DNA of 64,000 nucleotides from an uncultured Microbacterium sp. (GCA_964616805.1 CAZTUC010000014.1:2718-66717); one strand, 5' to 3'; counted from the stretch's first letter, positions 9,642 to 20,940 are shown. The notes: generated from the sequence alone by a model not told the origin. Numbers and translations: made by a program.

Positions 9642-11063
9642 TCAGGCGCCGAGCAATTCGTCGCGCGTCATCGTGTTCAATCGCGCCAACAACAGCGCGT
9701 GCGCGGTTGTTGCGCTGCGGAACGTGTCAAGGTGCAGCGACTCATTCGGGCTGTGCGCACGCGAGTGCGGGTCTTCAACGCCGGTCACCAGAATCTGGGC
9801 TTGCGGATAGCGTGCAACGAAGTCAGAGATGAACGGAATCGAGCCTCCGATGCCTAAGTCCATGCACTCTTTTGCGTAGGCCTGGGTCAATGCTTGGCGA
9901 GCAAGGGCCGTCGCGGGCGCCGTGCCATCAGCCAGGAATGCTTCGCCGAGATCAACGTCGCTTATCGTGACTTCGGCACCGAATGGCGTATTCGTCGTGA
10001 TGTGTGCCTGCAATGCCGCAAACGCATCTTGTGCGCTTTGCCCGGGCGCGATTCGGACGCTGATGACAGCGGTCATCGTCGGCGCGAGCGTGTTTGAGGC
10101 ATTTTCGCTTGACGTTGCGTCCATTCCGATGACGGTTATCGAGGGTTGGTTCCAAATTCGATCCAGAATCGCACCCCGCCCGGCGGGGCTCACCCCATCG
10201 AGAAGTCCTGCTTCATCGCGTAGCGTCGCTTCGGTGTACTCGGGAACAGCCGCTTCCCGCGAGAGCAGCCCGTCGACAGCGGGCGCACCGGTTTCGTCCC
10301 ACAACGTTGCAAGCAGGCGAATCATTGCCGTCATGGCGTCGGGTACGGCGCCGCCGAACATGCCCGAGTGCGATGCGTGTTCAAGCGTGCGAACGGTCAC
10401 GGTGAAGCGTGCATTCCCGCGCAGGGAAACAGTCAGGCCCGGCGTGGTCTGGTCGAAGTTGCCCGAGTCGGCGACGATGATGACGTCGGCTCCGAGCACG
10501 TCAGCGTGGTCGTCAAGGAATTGAGTAAAGGAGCGCGAGCCGTACTCTTCTTCTCCTTCGATGAAGACCGCAACACCAAGGTCGAAGTCATCACCGAGGA
10601 GGTCTTCGAGCACGCGCAGGGTCGAAACGTGCACCATGATGCCCGCTTTGTCGTCGGCGGCACCGCGCCCGTACAACCTCCCGTCAACGAGGGTCGGCTC
10701 GAACGGAGGCGTGTTCCACAGTGCCTCATCGCCCGGGGGTTGCACATCGTGGTGTGCGTAAAGCAACACGGTGGGCCGATTGTTCTGCGCGCGGCGAACT
10801 GCGAGCACACCCGGCTGCCCGAGCTCGTCGGTTCCGGGAATGCGCGAACGAGAAACGGACACCGCGTCGAAAACACCGGTTGATCGGAACAGTTCCGCGA
10901 CCGCATCGGCACTGCGTACCAATTGCTGTTGGTCAAACGATGGCCACGCGACGCCTTGAATGCGCACGAGATCACCGAGGTCGGCGAGGGTCTTCGGGAA
11001 GGCCAGGTTTACTCGCTCTGCAATGTCAACGAGATCGGCGGGTACGGATTCTTGAAAGCTCAT
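9642..11063 (-). CDS. M20/M25/M40 family dipeptidase
   Basis: YAHHDVQP, GRGAADDKAG, EGEEE and HSPNE metal-binding motifs; start at MSFQES, 7 nt after TAAGAT. Confidence 0.9.
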   Translation of the reverse strand: MSFQESVPADLVDIAERVNLAFPKTLADLGDLVRIQGVAWPSFDQQQLVRSADAVAELFRSTGVFDAVSVSRSRIPGTDELGQPGVLAVRRAQNNRPTVLLYAHHDVQPPGDEALWNTPPFEPTLVDGRLYGRGAADDKAGIMVHVSTLRVLEDLLGDDFDLGVAVFIEGEEEYGSRSFTQFLDDHADVLGADVIIVADSGNFDQTTPGLTVSLRGNARFTVTVRTLEHASHSGMFGGAVPDAMTAMIRLLATLWDETGAPAVDGLLSREAAVPEYTEATLRDEAGLLDGVSPAGRGAILDRIWNQPSITVIGMDATSSENASNTLAPTMTAVISVRIAPGQSAQDAFAALQAHITTNTPFGAEVTISDVDLGEAFLADGTAPATALARQALTQAYAKECMDLGIGGSIPFISDFVARYPQAQILVTGVEDPHSRAHSPNESLHLDTFRSATTAHALLLARLNTMTRDELLGA

Positions 11064-11111
11064 ACGAGTAATCTTAAGAGTCAACCCCATATCCCCGCTG
11101 AGGAGAACGAC

Positions 11112-11699
11112 GTGGCAAAGCGCGAGCAAGAAACACCGGCAACCGAGCCGAGTGAACAAGACGTCGCCTCAACGAAGGCTTCGTACACCCCAAAGAAGGG
11201 TCGCCCGACGCCGACGCGCGCCGAGCAGGAAGCAGCGCGTCGCCGTCCACTTGCCGACAACAGTAAAGAGGCCAAGCAACGCCGCAAAGAAGAAGCTCGA
11301 CTTGCTCGTGCCGCAGCAAACGACGGATATATGCGCGGCGAAGAACGCTACATGCCACCGCGCGACAAGGGCGTTCAGCGCCGTTGGGTGCGTGACTACA
11401 TCGACTCGAAGCGTCGCGTTGAAGCAAGCCTCATGTATGGTGCGATTCCGATTCTGATCGGTACGTACACGGGTATCCCACGTGTGCAAGAGATCTCAAT
11501 GCTGCTGTTTTTTGCCCTCGCACTCGCAACAATCGTCTCGGCAATTCTGTTGGGTAATCGCGTCAAAAAGCAGGCACGCGCCAAGTGGGGCGACGAGACG
11601 GAGAAGGGGCTCGGCTTCTACGCCGGAATGCGTGCGATTCAACCACGCCGGTTGCGCAGCCCACGCCCACAGGTTGAGATTGGCGCCGAGGTCAGCTAG
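11112..11699 (+). CDS. DUF3043 family membrane protein
   Basis: KKGRPTPTRAEQE, RDKG and two TM segments; GTG after AGGAG; conserved synteny with the dipeptidase. Confidence 0.85.
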   Translation: MAKREQETPATEPSEQDVASTKASYTPKKGRPTPTRAEQEAARRRPLADNSKEAKQRRKEEARLARAAANDGYMRGEERYMPPRDKGVQRRWVRDYIDSKRRVEASLMYGAIPILIGTYTGIPRVQEISMLLFFALALATIVSAILLGNRVKKQARAKWGDETEKGLGFYAGMRAIQPRRLRSPRPQVEIGAEVS

Positions 11700-12726
11700 C
11701 CGCTGCCGCTTTACGCAACTTCTTGTTGACGGTGCGTGCCCAAAGCGGGCCCTCGTACAAAAACGCCGTATAGCCCTGCACGAGGGTCGCGCCGTTCGCA
11801 AGGCGTTCGGCGACGTCAGCGGCAGTTGTCACTCCCCCGACGGAAATGACACAAAAGTCTTCGGGTACCGCAGATCGGATGACCCGCAAGACATCCAATG
11901 AGCGTTGTTTGAGCGGTGCTCCGGAGAGTCCGCCGGCACCAATTTCAGCAACCCGGTCGGGCGAGGTCTTGAGCCCGTCGCGTGAAATGGTCGTGTTGGT
12001 TGCGATGATCGCACTCATGCCCTCGCGAACGGCAAGCTCGGCAATCTCAATGATTTCCGCATCCGTCAGATCGGGGGCGATTTTTACCGCAACGGGCACA
12101 TCACCAGCGGTAGCTTTCACCGCGTGGAGCAACGGCTGCAACGCTGTTGCATCTTGCAGCCCACGGAGCCCTGGCGTGTTGGGCGATGAAACGTTAATGG
12201 CAAGGTAGTCGGCATAGCGAGCAACGGCTTTCGTTGCAGCAACGTAGTCGTCAACGGCATCCGCAACCTCAACAACACGCGATTTGCCGACGTTGACGCC
12301 GATGACAACATCGGGGTTGTTCTTACGCAGCTTCGCGAGGCGCTTTGCAGCCGCCGCTGCCCCATCGTTATTGAATCCCATTCGGTTGATAACAGCGTGA
12401 TCTTCAACGAGTCGAAACAGTCGCGGCTTCGGGTTTCCTGGTTGAGCGACGTTTGTGAGCGTGCCCACTTCAACATGCCCGAAGCCCAGCGCAGAAAGGC
12501 CCCGCACACCAATTGCGTTCTTGTCAAAGCCGGCCGCAAGACCGAACGGTGACGCAAATTGCAGCCCCATCGCCGTCACAGCAATGTTCGTTGCGGGTTT
12601 CGTCGAACGCCCAACGATCGAGCGCACGCCCGGCCATCCGACAACGCGGATCACGCTCATACCGAGATGGTGCGCAGTTTCGGTGTCGAGTTTGGTCAAG
12701 AAGTGGCGAAAAAACCATTTATACAT
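11692..12726 (-). CDS. pyrD: Quinone-dependent dihydroorotate dehydrogenase
   Basis: [28 protein letters not shown] and GGLSG motifs; start overlaps the nrdR stop. Confidence 0.95.
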   Translation of the reverse strand: MYKWFFRHFLTKLDTETAHHLGMSVIRVVGWPGVRSIVGRSTKPATNIAVTAMGLQFASPFGLAAGFDKNAIGVRGLSALGFGHVEVGTLTNVAQPGNPKPRLFRLVEDHAVINRMGFNNDGAAAAAKRLAKLRKNNPDVVIGVNVGKSRVVEVADAVDDYVAATKAVARYADYLAINVSSPNTPGLRGLQDATALQPLLHAVKATAGDVPVAVKIAPDLTDAEIIEIAELAVREGMSAIIATNTTISRDGLKTSPDRVAEIGAGGLSGAPLKQRSLDVLRVIRSAVPEDFCVISVGGVTTAADVAERLANGATLVQGYTAFLYEGPLWARTVNKKLRKAAAAS

Positions 12727-13198
12727 TCGCGGCACCTTCGGAAGCATTCTCTGCGGCCTCTTGCCGCAGCGTTGCAATGACGGATTCAAAGTCGTCAAGC
12801 GACTCGAATGCTTGATACACGCTCGCGAACCGCAAATACGCAACCTCATCGAGCTGGCGGAGCGGGTCAAGAATCGCGAGCCCAATCTCGTTCGCTTCGA
12901 CCTGACTCAGACCGCTCGAGCGCACCGTTTCTTCGACGGTTTGTGCCAGAACGGCTAAGTCAGCCTCGGTCACCGGGCGGCCTTGGCATGCCTTGCGCAC
13001 ACCCGAAATTACCTTCTCTCGGCTGAACGGTTCGACAACACCCGAGCGCTTGATCACGTTGAGCGTTGCCGTTTCGGTCGTTGTGAAACGTCCACCACAC
13101 TGCGGGCACTGCCGACGCCGGCGAATCGAAACACCGTCATCGCTCGTGCGCGAATCGATGACGCGCGAGTCGGGGTGGCGACAGAACGGACAGTGCAC
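12719..13198 (-). CDS. nrdR: Transcriptional repressor NrdR
   Basis: HCPFC...RRRRQCPQC zinc ribbon, ATP-cone and AYLRFASVY; GTG start. Confidence 0.95.
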   Translation of the reverse strand: MHCPFCRHPDSRVIDSRTSDDGVSIRRRRQCPQCGGRFTTTETATLNVIKRSGVVEPFSREKVISGVRKACQGRPVTEADLAVLAQTVEETVRSSGLSQVEANEIGLAILDPLRQLDEVAYLRFASVYQAFESLDDFESVIATLRQEAAENASEGAANV

Positions 13199-13199
13199 G

Positions 13200-14492
13200 T
13201 TAGTTACTCGTTTCAAATCGAACGGTTACTGCCTCGCCGTGGGCCGGCAATTGCTCGGCGTTCGCGAGCGCAACGATCTTGTCGGCAACTTCGGCGAGGG
13301 CGGCTCGGCTGTAGCGAATCACCTGTTGTGGACGCAAGAATGTGCTGGCACCAAGCCCCGATGCGAAGCGGGAGTTTCCATCGGTTGGCAAAACATGGTT
13401 ACTGCCCGCAAGATAATCTCCGAGGCTCACGGGCGAGTAGTCCCCCACAAAGACTGCTCCAGCGTTTGTGAAGTCGCCCGCATCAGCCTGTTGGTGCTGC
13501 AGTGCAAGGTGCTCGGGCCCGTACGCGTTACTGATCGCGACTGCCTGCTCAATGTCGTCGACCAACAGGATTGCCGACTGCTCACCACTGAGCGCGCGCG
13601 TAGCTCGCTCGGCATTGCTCGTCTGCTGCACCCGTGCGGCAACCTCAGCGACAACACGTTCGGCAAATTCAGCCGAATCGGTTACCAGCACGGCTGCGGC
13701 TTGTTCATCGTGTTCGGCTTGACTGACCAAATCGGATGCCACAAACGCCGCGTTTGCGGCATCATCCGCAACAATCAGAATTTCAGTCGCGCCAGCTTCA
13801 GCGTCGGTACCAACGTCGCCTGCGACAATGCGTTTGGCGGCCGCGACAAAATTGTTGCCCGGGCCGGTGACGGTGTCAACGGGGGCGAGGTCGAGTTCAG
13901 AAACACCATACGTGAGTGCGGCGATTGCACCGGCACCACCCATCGCATAAACCTCGTCGATCCCGAGCAGCGCTGCGGCCGCAAGAATTGTCGGGTGCAC
14001 GCGGCCCTGCTGGTCACGCTGCGGTGGTGATGCCAACGCAATGCGAGTGACACCAGCGACTTGGGCGGGGACGACGTTCATCACGACGCTTGACGGGTAC
14101 ACCGCTTTCCCACCGGGAATGTACACACCCGCGGCTTGAACGGGCTGCCAACGCTGCTCGACAACACCACCAGCAGCAAACGTGGTCGTCTGCGACGGTG
14201 GAACCTGGGCTGCTGAAGCCGCTCGGACTCGCGCGATCGACTCTTCAAGTGCAGCTCGGACGGCCGGATCAAGCTGTGAGAGCGCCTCGGTGATGTGCTC
14301 CCGTGGCACGCGGATGCTGTGGCCACTGACCCCATCGAGTCGTTCGGCCTGTTCACGAAGGGCAGCTTCACCCTCGGCACGAACCGCGGAAACGATCGTC
14401 TCAGCGACCGCCCGAGCGTTGCTGAGCGCCTGCTTCGCGCGTGGCAGGTCAACCTCGTCGATACCGAAACCGCGCACATCGATTATGCGCAT
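13200..14492 (-). CDS. hisD: Histidinol dehydrogenase
   Basis: GVYIPGG, GPGN, QAEHD, PEHL and [13 protein letters not shown] motifs. Confidence 0.95.
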   Translation of the reverse strand: MRIIDVRGFGIDEVDLPRAKQALSNARAVAETIVSAVRAEGEAALREQAERLDGVSGHSIRVPREHITEALSQLDPAVRAALEESIARVRAASAAQVPPSQTTTFAAGGVVEQRWQPVQAAGVYIPGGKAVYPSSVVMNVVPAQVAGVTRIALASPPQRDQQGRVHPTILAAAALLGIDEVYAMGGAGAIAALTYGVSELDLAPVDTVTGPGNNFVAAAKRIVAGDVGTDAEAGATEILIVADDAANAAFVASDLVSQAEHDEQAAAVLVTDSAEFAERVVAEVAARVQQTSNAERATRALSGEQSAILLVDDIEQAVAISNAYGPEHLALQHQQADAGDFTNAGAVFVGDYSPVSLGDYLAGSNHVLPTDGNSRFASGLGASTFLRPQQVIRYSRAALAEVADKIVALANAEQLPAHGEAVTVRFETSN

Positions 14493-14496
14493 GTGT

Positions 14497-15282
14497 TTAC
14501 TCCTTATCGGCGGGCGGTGCGGGTGGCAGAGCGTCTTCCAAGACGTCGAATGCTTCGTTTGCGTCGTCGGCGGAAACTGCCACTTCATCGACAGGCTCGA
14601 TCTCATCGACGAAGATCACTTCGTCAGCAACCTCAAGCTCATCGAGTTCGTCATCCGCATCGGCGGGTGCTTCGTCTGGTTCGACAGCAACCTTGCGTTC
14701 GACCTTGGGTGTTGGAACAATCGGGCGCGCTGGTGCTGCAACCACGCTCGCGAGCGCGTCTTGACGGCCGATAAAGTCGTCGCGGAAGACCGGCAGATGG
14801 TTGGCGCCGATCGTGGCAGCAGCCCCAATGAGTGCCCCCACAAGCCCCAACCATGCAGCCGTCTTGCCAGACTCCGCACCAAATGATGACACCACCTGAC
14901 CGAGCCATGCAACGACAGCAACCCCGAATGCAACCGAAGCAAACTGGTCGATACCGAGCGACCCAACACGCTCAATACTCTGTGGTGCGATGCGTCGTAC
15001 GACAATCAACGCGGCCGCCGCGAGCACGAAACCGCCCGTGAGGAGCCAGGTGAAACCAAAGTCGGCAAATGCTCCCGCAGTCAAGAATGAGCACACACCG
15101 ACCAGCAGGCCGATAGCGATTATTGCCAGCTCACGGATAGAAAAACCGTAGTACCCAGGTTGCGGAATCGCATCGTTGACACCATCACCCTCAACCTCGT
15201 CAAACGACGAGACAGGTGCGATCGCATCGTCTTCGGGCAGGTCAAAAGCATCATCGCTCATGGATTGGTCGGTTGAACTCAC
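14497..15282 (-). CDS. Hypothetical membrane protein (about 4 TM, acidic termini)
   Basis: GTG after AGGAG; hydrophobic core flanked by D/E-rich tails; stop 4 nt before hisD. Confidence 0.7.
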   Translation of the reverse strand: MSSTDQSMSDDAFDLPEDDAIAPVSSFDEVEGDGVNDAIPQPGYYGFSIRELAIIAIGLLVGVCSFLTAGAFADFGFTWLLTGGFVLAAAALIVVRRIAPQSIERVGSLGIDQFASVAFGVAVVAWLGQVVSSFGAESGKTAAWLGLVGALIGAAATIGANHLPVFRDDFIGRQDALASVVAAPARPIVPTPKVERKVAVEPDEAPADADDELDELEVADEVIFVDEIEPVDEVAVSADDANEAFDVLEDALPPAPPADKE

Positions 15283-15328
15283 ACGTACTCCTGAAAACCA
15301 TTGGTTGTGCCTGTGAGTCTACCGGCCC

Positions 15329-18300
15329 CTATCCCAAACATTGTTGACCGAGGAGCGCTTTGAGGTCACCAAAAAGATCTGGCGTCACCCGAACGGTGTG
15401 TGGTACCCGGAAAAGCTTCATAACCCCGCCGCGGTGAATACCCAGTTCGATTTGTGTGTCGCCCGCGTGTCGTTGCAAAACCTCACGCAACTCCAGCATT
15501 GCCTTGTGCGTTGCGCGTGCTTCGGCAAGACTCAACCGCAGCATTCCTCGGTCGTCTTGGGTACATGCGTCGAGGGTTATTGCCCCGTTGCCGTGAATGT
15601 TGAATCCGTCATCACGCACAGAGACGCGGCCACGTACGGCCAGAATCGCATCGGCGATGAGGCTACCGGCGAATTCAGTGTAGGTCTTCCCCATAAACAT
15701 CACGGTGATTTCCCCGCTGAAGTCTTCGAGGATTACTTGACCGTACGGGTTGCCGCTTTGCTTGGCGACCCGGTGCTGCACACTTGTGACAAGCCCCGCG
15801 AGGGTTACCTGATCACCATCGTGGGTCTCATCGGACGCGAGGAGGTCTCCGATTGTGACGGTGCGGTGCTTCGCAAGCACGAGTTCGGCCCCGGCAAGCG
15901 GGTGATCGGAAACATACAATCCGAGCATTTCACGTTCAAACGCGAGTCGGTCTTTCTTCGTCCACTCCGGCAGCTGCGGAATGTTGCGCTCTTGCGCGGG
16001 TTCCTCCCACAGACTGTCGAAATCGAATCCGACTTCACCTTGGGCTTCGCGTCGCTTATCAAGTGATGCTTGTTCGACCGCGTCTTCGTGGATTTCGAAA
16101 AGGGCACGCCGCGAAGTGCCGAATGAATCAAACGCACCAGATTTGATGAGCGATTCAATCGCACGCTTGTTTGCCACCGGTGCGGGAACGCGGGCGAGGA
16201 AGTCGTGGAAATCGGTGTACTGGCCATCCGCTCGACCGCCAACGATGCCTTCGACAACGTTTGTGCCAACATTTCGCACGGCGCCAAGTCCGAAACGGAT
16301 GGCATTTCCGGCCGCTGTGAAGTAGTTGCTTGACTCGTTGACATCGGGCACCAAAACCTCAATGCCCATGCGGCGACACTCGTTCAGATAGACAGCCATT
16401 TTGTCTTTCGAGCTACCGACGCTCGTGAGCAAGGCGGCCATGTACTCAGCCGGGTAGTTTGCCTTGAGGTACGCCGTCCAGTACGAAACAACACCGTAGG
16501 CTGCGGCGTGGGATTTGTTGAAGCCGTAGCTGGAGAACGGCAGGAACGTATCCCACAGCGTTTTGATCGCCTCGCTGGAGTACCCGCGCGATGTCATGCC
16601 CGAAGAGAATGCTTCGAACTGTTGGTCGAGTTCTTCTTTCTTCTTCTTGCCCATCGCGCGACGCAGGATGTCTGCTTCACCGAGTGAGAACCCAGCCACC
16701 GCTTGTGCGATGGCCATGACTTGCTCTTGATAGACCAGCAGACCAAAGGTCTCACCAAGCAAATCTTCGAGCACGTCAGCGAGTTCTGGATGTATGTGCG
16801 TGACGGGCTGCTGGCCGTTCTTGCGCAGCGCATAGTTGGTGTGCGTGTTGGTACCCATTGGGCCGGGACGAAACAGTGCACCGAGTGCGACGATGTCGGC
16901 GAAGCGGTCGGGCTTGAGCACGCGGCAGAGGCTCTGGTAACCGCCCGAATCAAACTGGAAAACACCGAGTGTGTCACCGCGTGTGAGCAACTCGTATGCA
17001 GCAGGATCATCAAACTCAAGCGCTTCGAGCTCGATATCTTCGCCGCGGTTCATCTTGATGTTATCAACGGCATCCGAAACTACCGTGAGGTTTCGCAACC
17101 CCAAGAAGTCCATCTTGATGAGGCCGAGCGATTCACACGACGGATAGTCGAACTGGGTGATGATTTGGCCGTCTTGCTCACGCTTCATGATCGGGATGAT
17201 ATCGAGCAGCGGTTCGCTCGACATGATCACGCCGGCAGCGTGTACGCCCCACTGGCGTTTGAGATTCTCGAGCCCCTTGGCCGTTTCGAAAACGGTGCGG
17301 GCATCGGGATCGCTATCGACGACAGCACGGAATTCGGCGGCCTCTTTGTAGCGTGGGTGTTCTGGGTCAAACATCCCCGTGAGCGGAACATCTTTGCCCT
17401 GTTCTGCTGGCGGCATCGCCTTGGTGAGTTTTTCACCCATTGAGAATGGGAAACCTAAAACGCGTCCCGCGTCTTTGAGGGCTTGCTTCGCCTTGATCGT
17501 TCCGTACGTGACGATTTGCGCGACACGTTCGTCGCCGTACTTTTCGGTGACGTACGCAATCACTTCGGAGCGGCGCCGGTCGTCGAAGTCGACGTCAAAG
17601 TCGGGCATCGAAACACGATCGGGATTCAAGAAACGTTCAAACAGCAGTCCATGCTCGATCGGGTCAAGATCGGTGATCCGCATCGCGTACGCGGCCATTG
17701 AGCCGGCACCAGAACCACGTCCTGGTCCCACACGAATGCCGTTGCGTTTGGCCCAGTTGATGAAGTCGGCCACGACCAAGAAGTAGCCGGGGAACCCCAT
17801 CTGCACGATGACGTCGGTTTCATAGTCGGCACGCTTTCGCACATCGTCGGGAACACCGCCGGGGTATCGCACCGCCAGCCCGTTTTCGACCTCTTTGACG
17901 AACCAGCTCTGCTCGGTTTCACCCGGCGGGACCGGGTAGCGTGGCATGTAGTTTGCCGAGGTGTTGAACTCAGCGTTGCAGCGTTCGGCGATGAGCAGCG
18001 TTGAATCGCACGCCTCGGGGTGGTCACGGAAAACCTGGCGCATTTCGGCGGGCGATTTGACGTAGTACCCGTCGCCGTCGAACTTGAACCGATTGGGGTC
18101 GTCGAGGGTTGACGCAGATTGCACGCACAACAGTGCCGCGTGTGCCTCAGCGTCGTGCTGGTGCGTGTAGTGCAGGTCGTTTGTGGCAACGAGTGGAATG
18201 CTCAAGTCTTTCGCGATCTTCAGCAGATCGCTCATGATGCGACGCTCAATGTCGAGGCCGTGATCCATGATTTCGGCAAAGTAATTCTCTTTGCCGAAAA

Positions 18301-18841
18301 TGTCTTGAAATTCCGCCGCGGCGGCTCGCGCTGCATCGTATTGCCCGAGGCGCAAACGCGTTTGTACTTCGCCGGATGGACACCCTGTGGTCGCGATCAG
18401 ACCCTTCGCGTACGTTTGCAACAGTTCACGGTCCATGCGGGGCTTAAAGTAGTACCCCTCCAGGCTCGCAAGTGACGACAGCCGAAAGAGATTATGCATC
18501 CCTTCGGTTGTTTCGCTCAACAGCGTCATGTGGGTGTACGCACCACCACCGGAAACATCATCGCGGCCCTGTTCGGTGGTGCCCCACCGAATGCGCGACT
18601 TATCGCTGCGGTGAGTTCCGGGCGTGACATACGCCTCAATACCAATAATCGGTTTGATGCCAGCAGCATTTGCGGCCTGTGCGAACTCAAAGGCCGCGAA
18701 GGTATTGCCGTGATCGGTCACCGCGATCGCCGGCATCTCGAGGCGCGCGGCCTCTTCGATCATCGGTTTGATTCGGGCTGCACCATCGAGCATCGAGTAC
18801 TCGCTGTGTACGTGCAGGTGCACAAATGAGTCGGATGCCAT
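15329..18841 (-). CDS. dnaE: DNA polymerase III alpha subunit (replicative DnaE1)
   Basis: HLHVHSEYSMLDG PHP domain, GPGRGS, PDFDVDF and KMDFLGL; about 1170 aa with no intein-sized insert; second ATG lies 6 nt after TAAACT (alternative start 18844). Confidence 0.97.
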   Translation of the reverse strand: MASDSFVHLHVHSEYSMLDGAARIKPMIEEAARLEMPAIAVTDHGNTFAAFEFAQAANAAGIKPIIGIEAYVTPGTHRSDKSRIRWGTTEQGRDDVSGGGAYTHMTLLSETTEGMHNLFRLSSLASLEGYYFKPRMDRELLQTYAKGLIATTGCPSGEVQTRLRLGQYDAARAAAAEFQDIFGKENYFAEIMDHGLDIERRIMSDLLKIAKDLSIPLVATNDLHYTHQHDAEAHAALLCVQSASTLDDPNRFKFDGDGYYVKSPAEMRQVFRDHPEACDSTLLIAERCNAEFNTSANYMPRYPVPPGETEQSWFVKEVENGLAVRYPGGVPDDVRKRADYETDVIVQMGFPGYFLVVADFINWAKRNGIRVGPGRGSGAGSMAAYAMRITDLDPIEHGLLFERFLNPDRVSMPDFDVDFDDRRRSEVIAYVTEKYGDERVAQIVTYGTIKAKQALKDAGRVLGFPFSMGEKLTKAMPPAEQGKDVPLTGMFDPEHPRYKEAAEFRAVVDSDPDARTVFETAKGLENLKRQWGVHAAGVIMSSEPLLDIIPIMKREQDGQIITQFDYPSCESLGLIKMDFLGLRNLTVVSDAVDNIKMNRGEDIELEALEFDDPAAYELLTRGDTLGVFQFDSGGYQSLCRVLKPDRFADIVALGALFRPGPMGTNTHTNYALRKNGQQPVTHIHPELADVLEDLLGETFGLLVYQEQVMAIAQAVAGFSLGEADILRRAMGKKKKEELDQQFEAFSSGMTSRGYSSEAIKTLWDTFLPFSSYGFNKSHAAAYGVVSYWTAYLKANYPAEYMAALLTSVGSSKDKMAVYLNECRRMGIEVLVPDVNESSNYFTAAGNAIRFGLGAVRNVGTNVVEGIVGGRADGQYTDFHDFLARVPAPVANKRAIESLIKSGAFDSFGTSRRALFEIHEDAVEQASLDKRREAQGEVGFDFDSLWEEPAQERNIPQLPEWTKKDRLAFEREMLGLYVSDHPLAGAELVLAKHRTVTIGDLLASDETHDGDQVTLAGLVTSVQHRVAKQSGNPYGQVILEDFSGEITVMFMGKTYTEFAGSLIADAILAVRGRVSVRDDGFNIHGNGAITLDACTQDDRGMLRLSLAEARATHKAMLELREVLQRHAGDTQIELGIHRGGVMKLFRVPHTVRVTPDLFGDLKALLGQQCLG

Positions 18842-18847
18842 CATTGC

Positions 18848-18869
18848 AGTTTATTCGTGGCCTCTGACA
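18848..18869 (-). promoter_or_regulatory. RecA-NDp / PafBC-type promoter of dnaE
   Basis: Minus strand reads TGTCAG-aggccacgaa-TAAACT, fitting TGTCRG-N10-TANNNT, then 6 nt to ATG. Confidence 0.6.
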
Positions 18870-18890
18870 CGCCCAACTGACACCCCGCAA

Positions 18891-19817
18891 CTAGCCGCGA
18901 AGCACCTCAAGCGCATGTTGAAGGTCTTGCGGGTAGTCGTCTTGGAACGATACCCACTCCCCCGTTGTTGGGTGTGTAAACGCAAGCTCGTACGCGTGCA
19001 GCCACTGCCGATCGAGCCCCAATTTAGCCGACATCGTCGGATCTGCGCCATACAGCGGATCGCCCACGCAGGGGTGCCGGTGCGCGGCCATGTGCACTCG
19101 AATCTGGTGTGTGCGACCTGTCTCTAGGTGGATTTCCAGCAGCGACGCACCCACGAACGCCTCAAGTGTTTCGTAGTGGGTGATGGAGTCTTTTCCGTCG
19201 GGGGTAACCGCAAACTTCCAAGAGTGATTCGGATGCCGCCCGATGGGAGCATCGATCGTGCCAACCAGCGGGTCCGGGTGCCCCTGGACAACAGCGTGGT
19301 AAATCTTCTCAACCGTACGCTCTTTGAACGCCCGCTTCAGCACGCTGTATGCAATCTCCGTCTTTGCCACGACCATGAGCCCACTCGTGCCCACATCAAG
19401 ACGGTGCACAATGCCTTGGCGTTCGGCAGCCCCCGAGGTTGCGGTGCGGATGCCTCGTGCCGCCAAAACTCCCAGCACCGTCGGCCCGTCCCAGCCAAGC
19501 GACGGATGGGCAGCAACACCAACCGGTTTCGAGACGACAACGATGTCTTCGTCTTCCGAGACAACCTTCAGTTCAGCCACTTCGGTTGCAACCACACTCG
19601 GCTCCGCCTTGTCGGTCCAGGAAACTTCAAGGAAAGCATCCGATTTGAGCCGATCGGACTTCCCGATTTGCACACCATCGAGGGTCACACCGCCGGCAGC
19701 AAGTACCTCGGCCGCGAACGTACGCGAAAACCCGAGGAGCTTTGCCAGTGCGGCATCGGCACGTACGCCATCGAGCCCATCAGGCACGGGCATCAAGCGT
19801 GTTTGCGCGGAGCTCAT
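18891..19817 (-). CDS. RluA/RluD family pseudouridine synthase
   Basis: N-terminal S4-like domain, [11 protein letters not shown] and GRTHQIRVH; start overlaps the lspA stop (ATGA). Confidence 0.92.
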   Translation of the reverse strand: MSSAQTRLMPVPDGLDGVRADAALAKLLGFSRTFAAEVLAAGGVTLDGVQIGKSDRLKSDAFLEVSWTDKAEPSVVATEVAELKVVSEDEDIVVVSKPVGVAAHPSLGWDGPTVLGVLAARGIRTATSGAAERQGIVHRLDVGTSGLMVVAKTEIAYSVLKRAFKERTVEKIYHAVVQGHPDPLVGTIDAPIGRHPNHSWKFAVTPDGKDSITHYETLEAFVGASLLEIHLETGRTHQIRVHMAAHRHPCVGDPLYGADPTMSAKLGLDRQWLHAYELAFTHPTTGEWVSFQDDYPQDLQHALEVLRG

Positions 19818-20365
19818 TCTGCTTCGGTCGGTTCTACTTCGGTCGGTTTGGCTGACGTTCGCGGCGTGCCGTCGGTGTTGACTCCCAACAAGATCAGCAG
19901 CGCGACGACGATCATCGAGCAGACAATGAAGATGTCGGCGACATTGAAAACGGCGGGCAAGAACCACGGCATCGAGATCATGTCGACGACTTCGCCTTCA
20001 AACCCGCCCGGTGGTCGAAACAGACGATCCGTCAAATTCCCCAGTACACCGCCGAGGAGACAGCCAAGCACGATCAACCATGTGCGTGACTTGACGCGAA
20101 ACAGTTGCACTGCGGCAATACCTGCCACGATTGCGAGGGCAAGGGTAAAGAACCATGTGTGTCCCGCAAAGATCGAAAAAGCCCCGCCCGGATTCGTGGT
20201 GTGAAACCACTGCAAGAACTCCCCGAGCACGGGAACAGCCTCGTGGAGCGGCAAGTGTTTGACCGTGAGGTACTTCGACAACTGATCGGCGGCCCACACC
20301 AGAACCGCCAAAACAATGGCTAAGGTGCGAGCCGCCGACAAATGATTGCCCTGGCGAGCTGCCAA
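19814..20365 (-). CDS. lspA: Lipoprotein signal peptidase II
   Basis: DQLSK, NPGGAFS, GNLTDR, VVD and FNVAD motifs; TTG start is uncertain. Confidence 0.92.
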   Translation of the reverse strand: MAARQGNHLSAARTLAIVLAVLVWAADQLSKYLTVKHLPLHEAVPVLGEFLQWFHTTNPGGAFSIFAGHTWFFTLALAIVAGIAAVQLFRVKSRTWLIVLGCLLGGVLGNLTDRLFRPPGGFEGEVVDMISMPWFLPAVFNVADIFIVCSMIVVALLILLGVNTDGTPRTSAKPTEVEPTEAE

Positions 20366-20376
20366 AACGCGTGGCC

Positions 20377-20940
20377 TTACTCGGCCGGCGAATCAGTCGC
20401 CAGGTCTTTGAGGTGCTTCTCGATGAGCGAACGCAGCTGACCACGGTAGGTCGCTTCGTACTCGCGCAGCTCCTTGATTGCTGCTTCAAGCTTGGTCTTC
20501 TGTGCCTCAAGACGGACGGCCTCTTGGTGCTGTGCCGTGTTTGCGTCGGTGAGAATGCGCTTTGCCTCTGACTCTGCGTCAGCAACAAGCTTCGAATGCT
20601 GCTCTTCACCCGATGCGACGAGTTCTTTGAGCTTTGCTTCACCCTCAGCGACATGCTCATCGTGCAGGCGCTGAGCCAAAGCAATGATCGAAGCGCTATT
20701 CGAGGGAGCATCGACGACAGCCTCGGCGTCGACCGTTTGTGCCGCTGCTACTGGCGCCGCAGCGAGGCTGGCCTCGGCCTGCTCGAGCTTGACCTTGAGC
20801 GCTACGTTCTCTTCGACGGTCTTACGCCACTCAACAACGACCTCATCGAGGAAGTCGTCAACCTCGTCGGGGTCAAAGCCGTCCTTGAAACGGACGTGCT
20901 GGAACTCCTTTGTGACGACATCTTCTGGCGTCAGGGCCAT
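20377..20940 (-). CDS. divIVA: DivIVA/Wag31 polar growth protein
   Basis: MALTPEDV...GFDPDEVDDFLDEV followed by coiled coils; AAGGAG RBS. Confidence 0.92.
   Translation of the reverse strand: MALTPEDVVTKEFQHVRFKDGFDPDEVDDFLDEVVVEWRKTVEENVALKVKLEQAEASLAAAPVAAAQTVDAEAVVDAPSNSASIIALAQRLHDEHVAEGEAKLKELVASGEEQHSKLVADAESEAKRILTDANTAQHQEAVRLEAQKTKLEAAIKELREYEATYRGQLRSLIEKHLKDLATDSPAE

Noticed and set aside
15329-18844. Possible intein in dnaE
   Set aside because: The length is typical of uninterrupted DnaE and I saw no intein motifs.
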